From the NCBI GenBank assembly GCA_965112735.1, contig OZ218965.1, positions 1,302,001 to 1,366,000 of the forward strand: a DNA stretch of 64,000 nt, read 5' to 3'. A program made the translations under genes and the position numbers. The notes beneath the pieces are model-generated. The model saw nothing but the letters and a program-made list of their open reading frames with translations, did no database searches and was not told where the DNA came from. Of the stretch, positions 12,391 through 23,763 are shown piece by piece (the first letter of the stretch is position 1; every line of letters starts with the position of its first letter). Source of the stretch: Phaeosaccion multiseriatum (taxonomy: Eukaryota; Protista; Ochrophyta, other classes).

Positions 12391-15243
12391 ATGACGGGCA
12401 ACAACGTGGCGGCCTTCATTTCCGCTGTAGCACCAGGAGGTACTTACGCTGATGGCCGAGCTACTGCTTTCACAAGCTCATGGGGAAGATGGGCTCCTGC
12501 TGCTCCATCCGCTGCGCACCGCCCTGCTGTGGGAAAACAGAACTCCGTCCTCACAGCCCCAGCAGTGCATGCTGAGAGAGAGAGATGCTCGCTTCGTCTC
12601 CTTGGAACCAGGAGTAACATTAATACGGGAGGGTCGCGGCAGGGACGAGGTGGTAGAAGTAATGAGCGGCAGAAGCGAATAGCGTTGACCAAGGAGATCC
12701 AGAGACTTGGAAAGATGCGGGACTGGAGAGGGGTGGCGAGAGTGATTGAGGAGGCGAAAGCAGCGGGGCTTCGGATGAACGTGATTTGCTTCAACGCCGC
12801 CATTTCTGCAGTGGGTAAGGCTGGGCGATGGAAGGGGGCGCTTGCCCTACTCGAGGAGATGAAGGCGAGCTGTCTCCAACCCAATGTCATCTCGTACAAC
12901 TCTGCAATTACTGCTGTTGGCAATGCAGGAGAGCACGAGAAGGCGCTTGACTTGCTGGAGGAGATGCGGAGGGAAGGGCTTCGACCCGATGTCATCTCGT
13001 ACAGCTCTGCGATGACTGCTGTTGGCAAGGCAGGAGAGCACGAGAAGGCGCTTGACTTGCTGGTGGAGATGCGGAGGGAAGGGCTTCGACCCAATGAAAT
13101 TTCGTACAACTCTGCGATTACTGCTTGTGGCAATGCAGGAGAGCATGAGAAGGCGCTTGCCCTACTCGAGGAGATGAAGGCGAGCGGTCTCCAACCCGAT
13201 GTCATCTCGTACAGCTCTGCGATTACTGCTTGTGGCAAGGCAGGACAGCACGAGAAGGCGCTTGACTTGCTGGAGGAGATGCGGAGGGAAGGGCTTCGAC
13301 CCGATGAAATCATATACAACTCTGCGATTAGTGCTTGTGGCAAGGCAGGAGAGCACGAGAAGGCGCTGGCCTTGCTGGAGGACATGCGGAGGGAAGGGCT
13401 TCACCCTAATGACATCTCATACAACTCTGCGATTTCTGCTGTTGGCAAGGCAGGAGAGCACGAGAAGGCGCTTGACTTGCTGGAGGAGATGCGGAGGGAA
13501 GGGCTTCGACCGAATGTCATCTCGTACAGCTCTGCGATTACTGCTTGTGGCAAGGCAGGAGAGCACGAGAAGGCGCTTGACTTGCTGGGGGAGATGCGGA
13601 GGGAAGGGATTCGACCGAATGTCATCTCGTACAGCTCTGCGATGACTGCTTCTGGCAATGCAGGAGAGCACGAGAAGGCGCTTGTCTTGCTGAAAGAGAT
13701 ACGGAGGGAAGGGCTTCCACCCGATGAAATCTCGTACAACTCTGCGATTACTGCTGTTGGCAATGCAGGAGAGCACGAGAAGGCGCTTGACTTGCTGGAG
13801 GAGATGCGGAGGGAAGGGCTTCGACCCGATGTCATCTCGTACAGCTCTTCGATTTCTGCTTGTGGCAATGCAGGAGAGCACGAGAAGGCGCTTGCCTTGC
13901 TGGGGGAGATGCGGAGGGAAGGGCTTCACCCTAATGACATCTCATACAACTCTGCGATTACTGCTGTTGGCAAGGCAGGAGAGCATGAGAAGGCGCTTGA
14001 CTTGCTGGAGGAGATGCGGAGGGAAGGGCTTCGACCGAATGTCATCTCGTACAACTCTGCGATTACTGCTTGTGGCAAGGCAGGAGAGCACGAGAAGGCG
14101 CTTGCCTTGCTGGGGGAGATGCGGAGGGAAGGGCTTCGACCCGAGGTCATCTCGTACAACTCTGCGATTAGTGCTTGTGGCAATGCAGGAGAGCACGAGA
14201 AGGCGCTTGACTTGCTGGAGGAGATGCGGAGGGAAGGGCTTCGACCCGATGTCATCTCGTACAACTCTGCGATTAGTGCTTGTGGCAAGGCAGGAGAGCA
14301 CGAGAAGGCGCTTGACTTGCTGGAGGAGATGCGGAGGGAAGGGCTTCGACCCGATGAAATCATATACAACTCTGCGATTAGTGCTTGTGGCAAGGCAGGA
14401 GAGCACGAGAAGGCGCTTGACTTGCTGGAGGAGATGCGGAGGGAAGGGCTTCGACCCGAGGTCATCTCGTACAACTCTGCGATTAGTGCTTGTGGCAATG
14501 CAGGAGAGCACGAGAAGGCGCTTGACTTGCTGGAGGAGATGCGGAGGGAAGGGCTTCGACCCGAGGTCATCTCGTACAACTCTGCGATTAGTGCTTGTGG
14601 CAATGCAGGAGAGCACGAGAAGGCGCTTGACTTGCTGGAGGAGATGCGGAGGGAAGGGCTTCGACCCGATGTCATCTCGTACAGCTCTGCGATTACGGCT
14701 TGTGGCAAGGCAGGGGAGCACGAGAAGGCTCTCGCCTTGCTGGGGGAGATGCGGAGGGAAGGGCTTCGACCCAATGAAATCATATACAACTCTGCGATTG
14801 GTGCTTGTGGCAAGGCAGGAGAGCACGAGAAGGCGCTGGCCTTGCTGGAGGACATGCGGAGGGAAGGGCTTGAACCCGATATCATCACGTACAGAACCGC
14901 TGTCGACGTCCTGTCCGTGCGCGAGCAATGGAGCTGGGCTGATGGCTTGTACGCAGAGGCTGTCACAAACGGTGTATTGTCGCATTGGAAGACGGGTAAG
15001 GAAGGGAAGGTCATGGATTTGCATGGGCACTCGGAGTGGACCGGCAAGGCCGCCCTTCGATACGCCCTCCAAGTGGAGAAGGCGAAGGGTCAGATCACTG
15101 TCATCACCGGTCGAGGCCGCGGCAGCGTGGACGGCATCAGCGTGCTCAAGCCTGCGGTGTTGGCGTACCTCAACGAAGAGCTCGGACTCCACGCCACGGG
15201 GCAGGACAGCAACGAGGGCCGTGTGAAGTTCGAAGTAGAGTAG
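12391..15243 (+). CDS. PPR-SMR protein copy 2 (950 aa, intronless; 19 core PPR repeats plus caps, SMR domain)
   Basis: The ATG at 12391 is homologous to 7080 (MTGNNVAAFISAVA). Core repeats span 12886-14880 and the SMR domain is almost identical to copy 1. Confidence 0.95.
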   Translation: MTGNNVAAFISAVAPGGTYADGRATAFTSSWGRWAPAAPSAAHRPAVGKQNSVLTAPAVHAERERCSLRLLGTRSNINTGGSRQGRGGRSNERQKRIALTKEIQRLGKMRDWRGVARVIEEAKAAGLRMNVICFNAAISAVGKAGRWKGALALLEEMKASCLQPNVISYNSAITAVGNAGEHEKALDLLEEMRREGLRPDVISYSSAMTAVGKAGEHEKALDLLVEMRREGLRPNEISYNSAITACGNAGEHEKALALLEEMKASGLQPDVISYSSAITACGKAGQHEKALDLLEEMRREGLRPDEIIYNSAISACGKAGEHEKALALLEDMRREGLHPNDISYNSAISAVGKAGEHEKALDLLEEMRREGLRPNVISYSSAITACGKAGEHEKALDLLGEMRREGIRPNVISYSSAMTASGNAGEHEKALVLLKEIRREGLPPDEISYNSAITAVGNAGEHEKALDLLEEMRREGLRPDVISYSSSISACGNAGEHEKALALLGEMRREGLHPNDISYNSAITAVGKAGEHEKALDLLEEMRREGLRPNVISYNSAITACGKAGEHEKALALLGEMRREGLRPEVISYNSAISACGNAGEHEKALDLLEEMRREGLRPDVISYNSAISACGKAGEHEKALDLLEEMRREGLRPDEIIYNSAISACGKAGEHEKALDLLEEMRREGLRPEVISYNSAISACGNAGEHEKALDLLEEMRREGLRPEVISYNSAISACGNAGEHEKALDLLEEMRREGLRPDVISYSSAITACGKAGEHEKALALLGEMRREGLRPNEIIYNSAIGACGKAGEHEKALALLEDMRREGLEPDIITYRTAVDVLSVREQWSWADGLYAEAVTNGVLSHWKTGKEGKVMDLHGHSEWTGKAALRYALQVEKAKGQITVITGRGRGSVDGISVLKPAVLAYLNEELGLHATGQDSNEGRVKFEVE

Positions 15244-15714
15244 AGGAAGCACTGTTGATGACTGAATGAAAGGCGATCGCATCATGTATGGGCACACTCG
15301 CGGTAGGGCTCTCTCTCTCTTCCCGTCATCAGACGGCGCACTAGCCTGGCACTTACTCCCTGCGATGGATATGCTCTCTCTCTCTCTCTCCAGAAGGAAG
15401 CATACCGCCGCACCCACTTTTCTCTTCGCCTCCTTCCTTTCTGCTTGAGCCTGGCGTGGCTTGTTTCTTGCTCTTTGGGTTTGCTGTCTCATCCCTTCAC
15501 ACAGCGCGTCGGTCGTGGTCCTTCTTGCAAGTCCAACACGGCACCTGTCAACAGCTGTGTTAGCGCGTGTTGGCGCTCCTCCTCGTCCATTCGCTCTCTT
15601 CATTCGGCACGTGTTCACTCACTCAGTCACGCACGCACCCACTCACCCACTCTCACTCCCTCACATACTCGCTCACTCTCTCACCCATTCACGTGCGCAC
15701 TCACTCAGTCACTC

Positions 15715-16262
15715 CCACTCACTCACTCACTCTCTCACTCACTCACTCACGCACTCACTCACTCACTCACTCACTCACTCACTCACTCACTCACTCACTC
15801 ACTCACTCACTCACTCATTCATTCACTCCCTCACTCACTCACTCACTCACTCACTCACTCATTCACTCACTCACTCACTCACTCACTCATTCTTTCACTC
15901 CCTCACTCACGCACTCACTCACTCACTCACTCACTCACTCACTCACTCACTCACTCACTCACTCACTCACTCACTCACTCACTCACTCACTCACTCACTC
16001 ACTCACTCACTCACTCACTCACTCACTCACTCACTCACTCACTCACTCACTCACTCACTCACTCACTCACTCACTCACTCACTCACTCACTCACTCACTC
16101 ACTCACTCACTCACTCACTCACTCACTCACTCACTCATTCATTCACTCCCTCACTCACTCACTCACTCACTCACTCACTCATTCACTCACTCACTCACTC
16201 ACTCACTCATTCTTTCACTCCCTCACTCACGCACTCACTCACTCACTCACACACACTCTCAC
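15715..16262. repeat. (ACTC)n microsatellite
   Basis: Paralogous to the tract at 10925-11383. Confidence 0.95.
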
Positions 16263-16477
16263 TTTTGGGGGAGGTACGCGTGTGCGCGTGCGTGCATGAG
16301 GTAACCTACAAAGGATGCCGTCTTTCCGACCACCTCCTCAAATCAACGCCTCCTTCAAAGTGCAGCTCCTCCCCCCCTGCCACATCTTCACTCGAGTCAG
16401 TGGCGGGGCCAAGTGGAGGCCGCCTTGCAGGGCTTCGTCAGGGTTGGGGACATGCCCCCCGGGAAAGGCTGAGGGTG

Positions 16478-16531
<54 letters not shown>

Positions 16532-16993
16532 TGTGTGTGTGTGTGTATATGTGTCCCTCAAGGGCTCTACTTAGGGCCCGTGGAAGCCACGCCTGGATCC
16601 TGACACATGGCTGTGCGCTGCGTCCTTTGTGTCCTGACACCTGGCTCCTCCCGCTGAACCGAATCGCCATGATCCACACGTCATCCTTCGTCCACGAAGA
16701 GAGCCTGCACAGAAGCTGGCGTCGAGCTGCTCCGGCGCTGCTGTCGGTCGCCCCATCACCCCTTTGTTAGTGTTGCGATGCGAAAGCAAAAGGGGAGAAC
16801 GTGAAAAAAAATTATGTCAATAAATTGACAGTTTCAGATTTTTCAATCATGCCTTCTCCCTCTGCGCTAAACTCTCCAAGCGACGGGAGTAGAGGAGTGG
16901 GAAGAGAACTGTGTAAAGAAGACAAGGGGAAAGAAGAAGGGCGAGGATGCAAGGCAATGAGGAGGCCCGTGAGCTACCCCCGCCCCCGTCTTG

Positions 16994-19397
16994 ATGGCGG
17001 TTCTGCTCAACGCTGACGGGAGCAGCACTATGGGAGAGGGGAAGCAGCAGCAGGAGCAGCAGCAGGAGCAGCAGAAGAATGAGCGTCCGGAGTGGAATGC
17101 CTTCGATAAGCACCCATGGGGCAGGCGCAACACCATCATCCAGCAGTACACGCGCAGGGGCCTCGGCTTCGGTACCGAATCATTTAATGAGGGCCTCCTC
17201 GTCAAGTACAGGGACCTCAAGGCGCGGGGACAGGAGAAGCTCTACCACCTCAGCATGGGCACCTGGCTGGGGGAAGATATCGCCTCGCGCAAGAAGGGAG
17301 AGCGCAGGAGGAGACGGAACTTCGGGCGGGCGGCCTTGGTAGTGACGGGAGAGGAGGTGGGCACTAGGGACAGCGCGAGGGAGGCGGCGGCGTGCCAGGC
17401 CCAGCAGCAAAGGCTGCGTGCCCGCAAGAGGCAGAGAATTGACCTTAAGCGAGCCGGCCTCCAGCTGGCCAAGACGCACCAGGCTCTGCTGGCGAGCGGA
17501 AGGACGGTGGAGGGAGTCGTGGAGGCCATGGGTCTGTGTCCTCCGCCGCAGCAGTGCCCAAAGCTACAGCAGTTGGAGATACAGCAGCAGCAGTCGGATG
17601 TGGGGGGGGAAGAGTCAACTGCTGGGGAGAGCCGGGCGGGGGAGAAGAGTGCAGGAGAGGAGGAGGAGCGCTCTTGCGTGCGGCTGAGCAGTGAGGACTG
17701 CAAGCGTGTCATTGAGGTCATGTCTGCGAGAGTGGGCGCGCTCTCACCCAGCATGGTGCCCGGTGCCGATGGAGCCTTGCTCCAGCTGCGCACCATTGCC
17801 TGCACCGGGGCAGGGAAGGGCAAGAGCCCTCGAAGCAAGGGTGGCGATGGCCGAAAACCCTCCCAGACAGCGAGCACTCAGCAGCTGAAGAAGGCCGTGT
17901 CCGACGTGCTGGGCAAGCACCTCTCCTCGCAGCTCGGGAGGAAAACGAGCGACACCCTCTCTCTGGACGAGGTGGTGTCTGCTTTAGAGAGCTTGCGGGG
18001 GGTGGAGGCGAAGGCAGCAGACGGTGGGGAGGATGACAGTGGAGGACCTGTAGGAGAGGGCGTAGGAGAGAAGAGCCTCGAGAGCCCTGTGGAAAGGCTG
18101 GACACCGCAGCGGTGCTCTCTCTTAGACGCTTCTTGTACCTGAGCTACGGGGCCTCCAACCTCTCCATCCCCGTGCTAGCGGAGGACATTGCCTCGCACG
18201 TCAGGAGCCTCGAGGTGCTGCAGCAGGAGAGACAGGCAGCACAGGCGAAGGAGAAGGAGGAAGTGGAGGCGAAAAGGCTGGACGAAGAGAGGAGACTCGC
18301 CCACGCCGCCTTGCTGTCTGAGGATAAGATCGACTTGGTGGTGCAGTTTCTCGATACGGACGGAGATGGCAGCATATCGCTAGAAGAGCTCTTGGCGGTA
18401 CGTCGGGGCCGCAGGGGAGGGGACGAGGCAGGAGGGTATGGTTAGGGTCGGAAGGAGGAGGAAAGGAGGAGGAAAGGAGGAGGAAAGGAGGAAAAGGCGG
18501 GTGGGGTAGTGTGCCCTCGAGAGTCGTGTCCGCTGTGCCTTACCCTTACTTGTCGACCACTCCATCCCCCCCCCCCCCTCCCTCTTGGCTGTTCCCTCCT
18601 TCCGGCGCCCCCCTTCATCCCCTCTGTTCCCTCCGTTCCATCTGCTGCCACCCGCTGCTCTCCTCTCAGGCCTTCAAGTTGGTGCGGCACGGAGCCCTCG
18701 ACAATCGCCTCAAGGGGGTTCAAGGGCACGGGCCCAACCCTAAGCAGGCCACCACCCCCACGGTAAGGATGGGTCGTGCTCGACCTCTCCGCTCACTGCC
18801 ATCCACTGCCATCCACTACCATCCCCAGCGCTGAGGGGGGGGTAGAGTTGTCATGCCTTACAATGCCTGTCGACCGTAGACGGTCGACGCTCTCATTCAA
18901 GAAGCAGGGGCTGAGAGGGAGAGCAATTTACACACACACCAAAGAGCTTTTGTTGGTTGGTTGGTTGGGTGGGTGGTTGGGTGGTCGGTTTGGTTGGTTG
19001 GTTGCTGGCTTGCTATTCCCTATAAGTTATGGCCTTGGAGAGGGGGGGGGGAGATTCGAAGTGTTCTTGCTCAGCTAAAGCTCACACCACACCACCACAC
19101 CCTCGCCCCCCTGCCATCTCTGCCTCCGACGACGAAAAATCGATATCGATTTCGATGCCTTCAGGGCGACGGCATCGATATTCCCGACCACGGAAGCGCC
19201 GAGGACGGAAGCTTAGACGGGCACAGCGTGACCACAGAGGGAGCCTTCAAGAAGGAGGGAGAGGAGGAGGAGGACGAGGAGGAGGAGGGGGAGGAGGGAA
19301 TAGATCCTGACAAAGACCCCAGTCGCGAGTTCCTGTTCTCTACGGATGACGTGCTTCAGCTGCAGCACTTCATTGTCCGGCACGCAGGGAGGGAGGC

Positions 19398-19429
<32 letters not shown>

Positions 19430-19711
19430 GGAAGGAGAAGCAGAAGGAGGGGCAGAAGGAGGGGCAGAAGGAGGGCCCGACGGAGAGGGAGAAGGAGAAG
19501 GAGGGAGAAAGCGGCAGCAAAGCCAAAGCCAATGACACTGCGGGCGCCTCGGCGTCGGCCACCCCCCTCGGGGCGAGGCAGAGGCAGAGACAAGAGGAAC
19601 TGCAAGCGAAGCAGGTACGTGTGCGTGCATCGGGCCCGTGGGTGTGGTGGGCGTGTAACCGTAACTATACACCGTGCCTACAAGTGGCGCGTGAGTGGAC
19701 CACGGCCAAAT

Positions 19712-19780
<69 letters not shown>

Positions 19781-22700
19781 ATATAATGGGAGAGCATCAT
19801 CCGTGCGGCCCCTGAGGGCAAGCAAAGGCAAGCCGCCCTGCCCTGCCCAGCCCGGCCCGGCCCCATGCAAGACAAACCCCTTTCAGAAGGACAAACACGG
19901 CACGGCCCTGCCCCCACAATGACGCGAGTGTCCCGCTCCTCCCCCCTCCTCCCCCCTGCCCTCGTCGTCCCTGACTCTGACTCCCTTCCCCTCCCCTTCC
20001 TTCCTCTCCCCTCCCCTTCCTTTTCCTCCACTCCCCTTCCTTCCCCTCCCCTCCCCTCCCCTCCCCTCCCCTCCCCTCCCCTCCCCTCCCCTGCCCTGCC
20101 CTGCCCCATACCCCATACCCCATACTCTATACCCTATGCCTCATACCCTATACCCCATACCCCATACCCTATACCCCATACCCCATACCCCATACCCCAT
20201 ACCCTGCCCACAGAGCCTACCCCCGGCGGTGCTGAACAGTCCTTCCCTCACGCAGGCACACGTGGAAAGTGCCCTCCGAGTGGCGCACAGGGCCGCCACC
20301 GCCCTTATACAGCGCAAGCACACCCGCACGCTGGGCAGGGCCTTTCACGACGGCCTCCTCGCGAAGGGTATGGGCCTTAGCACCTCCTCCACCGCGAAGG
20401 ATGGCAGTGGAAGGCCACTGGATGGCACTGGAGGGTCCAACCTACCGCTCTTCTTCCTCGCGTGTGAGACGGAGCTGCGCGAATCGCCCCGCATGGGCCG
20501 CGCCGAGCTCAAGAGGGGCATGGTCAAGGTGCTTGGAGAGGCTTCCTCAGCGGCTGGCGTGTGCAAGGGCTTTCAGCAGGCCGAACTCGACACTCTCCTG
20601 GCGGCGCTGCGGGGGCCAGGACTGAAGCAGGGGGAAGACATGACACTTGAGCACTTTGAGGTGGGACTCCGCCGACTCGTGGGCGGCGGAGGGATGGCAC
20701 TGGATGCGGGAGAGACCCAGACCCAGGGAGGGGAGACCCAGGGGGGAGAGACCCAGGGGGGAGAGACCCAGGGGGGAGAGACCCAGGGGGGAGAGACCCA
20801 GGGGGGAGAGACCCAGGGGGGAGAGACCCAGGGAGGGGAGGATAAGGCAGCGAGTCAGGGGCGAAGGGGGGGCAGTGTGACGAGTGATACGAATGAGTCG
20901 AGTGAGGCGCAGCGGAGGCGTCGGGCGATGAGCACCGCCATGGAGCTCTTCTCTGAGGAGGACAAGGCGATGGAGCTTGAGGAGCTAGCGATGAGCTGCA
21001 CGCCTCTGGCCGAAAAGCTTGAAGGCTATCTCAAGGGGCACACGCTGAGGCTCGTCGATCTCGTCGATGGCATGCTAGGTGAGGGAGGAAGGATGGGTGA
21101 GGGAGGAAGGACGGGTGAGGGAGGAAGGACGGGTGAGGGAGGAAGGATGTGTGGGGAGGAAGGAGGGAGCAGGCGGGGAGGGGAGGGAGGAATGCTCGCC
21201 AGTGCACCCGCTGGCGCTACTCTGCAGGCCCCCAGTGCCCAACTTCAACTTCGATTCCATCTCTGCCGCCTTCTCTCCCCACCCTCCTCTCTGCATGCCC
21301 TCCTTGTCGCCCTCCTTTGTCTAAGCTGAGCATACAAGCCCCTGCTGCGCGTTCTCCTCGCCAACTCCCTCCCTCTTTCACTCTCTTCCACCCTCTCTCA
21401 CCCTCTCTCACTCTCTCTCTCACTCACTCTCTCACCCTTTCTCACTCTCTCTCACTCTCTCTCACTCTCTCTCTCTCACACTCTCTCTCTCTCTCTCTCA
21501 CTCACTCTCTCACCCTCTCTCACTCTCCCTCACGCTCCCTCACGCTCCCTCACCCTCTCCCTCACGCTCTCCCTCACGCTCTCCCTCACGCTCTCCCTCA
21601 CGCTCTCCCTCACGCTCTCTTGCCCTTTCATTCTGCAGAGGTTGAGAGGGTAAAGGACGAAGGGCAGGCCCAGGGGGGGCAGGCATCACCCAAGGGGGAT
21701 AAGCAGCTCAGCAGCCGACCCACCTTAACCGTAGGTGCGTGCGTTTCACATCAGGAGGATATGCCAGTTTCCGTTTCGGTTAATTGGGACCTCGGTGTTA
21801 CCGAATAAGCAAGGCGGAGTGCTCGCGACGAGTGTGTCTTTGTGGGAAGGGGAGAGAGACGAAGCTTTACCTTTAGCTCTGGCCTGCCCTCTGTCCTCAT
21901 TCTTCCCCTCTCCCTCTCCCCCCCCCCTCTCTTCTCCCTCTCTTTGCGTCTCTTCTCTTCTCTTCTCTTCTCCTATACCCTCTGTGCACACACACACACA
22001 TGTTGGTGATACACACAGGCGCGAGAGATGTGATGCTCTCCCCAAAGTCCTTGGCGATCGTTCTTGCCGGCATTCAGGTGACATCACAAATGTCATATGG
22101 TTTAGGACAGGGGAGGGGAGGGAGGATCCATCCTCAGTTTTTCCTTCGGGCATGGGGGGGAGGGGCGAACGGCGGGGGGTGGACAAGGCTCCAATGCCCC
22201 CGACCTTGACCCTGACCCTGACCCTGACCCTGACCCTGACCCTGACCCTGACCCTGACCCTGACCCTGACCCTGACCCTGACCCTGACCCTGACCCTGAC
22301 CCTGACCCTGACCCTGACCCTGACCCTGACCCTGACCCTGACCCTGACCCTGACCCTGACCCTGACCCTGACCCTGACCCTGACCCTGACCCTGACCCTG
22401 ACCCTGACCCTGACCCTGACCCTGACCCTGACCCTGACCCTGACCCTGACCCTGACCCTGTCCCTGACCCTGACCCTGACCCTGACCCTGACCCTGACCC
22501 TGACCCTGACCCTGACCCTGACCCTGACCCTGACCCTGTCCCTGACCCTGTCCCTGACCCTGACCCTGGCCCTGACCCTGACCCTGACCCTGACCCTGAC
22601 CCTTACCCTGACCCTGACCCTGACCCTGACCCTGACCCTGACCCTGACCCTGTCCCTGACCCTGACCCTGACCCTGACCCTGACCCTGACCCTTACCCTG

Positions 22701-23719
22701 ACCCTGACCCTGACCCTTACCCTGACCCTGACCCCTCCCCTCCTCTCCCCTTATCTCAGGTGGGCGGTCTGTCTGCAGAGGAGCGCATCCGTCGCAAGAA
22801 GAAGAGGGAAGTGAAGGAGGCAAGGAGGAGGAAGAGCGCCGCAAGACTCAAGGTCTACGAGGTGTGTTGGGGCGGTGGATGGCAATGGATGGATGGTGGA
22901 TGTGGATGGCAGTGGATGGGTGCTGTCTCTTCTCTCTGGGAAGAGGCGGGCGATCGTGGGGAGGGAATGAGGGAGGCGATGGCACTAAATGGGTGATGCC
23001 GCTGCTTCTCTTCGTACATACGTAATGTACACACGCACGCACGCACATGGGTAGCGCCATTTGCTCTCGACTCGCAGGGGATGACACAGCGATGGCAGCA
23101 GATGGGGATAGGGTAGGATGGCAGCAGATGGGGATAGGGTAGGAACCCTCTCCCCTCTTCATGTCTGGCGCTAACGGCTGTCACCTACACGCGCCCCTGC
23201 CCATCCACTGCCATTTCCACCCCTCTCCATCCACTGCCATCCCGGCCCCTCGGCCTCTCCGTAGGCGCTGAGCTTGAAGCTGGAGGAAGCGACTCAGTCA
23301 GGCGCCCTTGACGTACTCGAGATGCTCATCAAGGAGATGGACAAGGCTGCCTTGAGGGTCGTGGACTTGTTCCGCAAGCTCGACAGCTCCGCCGACAACG
23401 CCATCAGCAAGGAGGAGCTCAAAGAGGGTCTCGCCTCGGTAAGTCAGTGCGAGGGCAGTGGATGGCAGTGAACGGCAGAGGGTGATGGCAGTGTATGTGT
23501 GGTGTGAGTGCATGTGTGTGCTCCTTCGCGTGTGTCCATCCCATTTGTACACAGAGCTGTGCGGTGCTGCTGCGTGGGGGGCGATGCGAAGGCCCAATTC
23601 TCATCGCTTGTCGACTCCGGACCCGGCTGCTGCTGCTGCTACTGCTGCTACTGCTGCTACTACTGCTGCTACTGCTAATACTACTACTACTGCTGCTGCC
23701 ACTACTGCTACTGCTGCTG

Positions 23720-23763
<44 letters not shown>

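Larger units (their letters stand above)
6447..16784 (+). repeat. Head-to-tail tandem duplication of a ~5 kb PPR-SMR cassette
   Basis: The block CCACACGTCATCCTTCG...CCCCTTTGTTAGT.TTGCGAT.CGAA recurs at ~6447, ~11703 and ~16670. The post-stop region 10473-11700 matches 15244-16670, including the (ACTC)n tract. Confidence 0.9.

Noticed and set aside
7139-15618. Long antisense and alternate-frame ORFs over the PPR genes (up to 652 aa), with similar ones at 30491-32500
   Set aside because: They are shadows of the 105-bp repeat: a frame with no stop in one unit stays open in all units.
20716-20835. (GETQG)n 15-bp coding repeat in the EF-hand gene
   Set aside because: Ordinary low-complexity slippage expansion with no variable positions.
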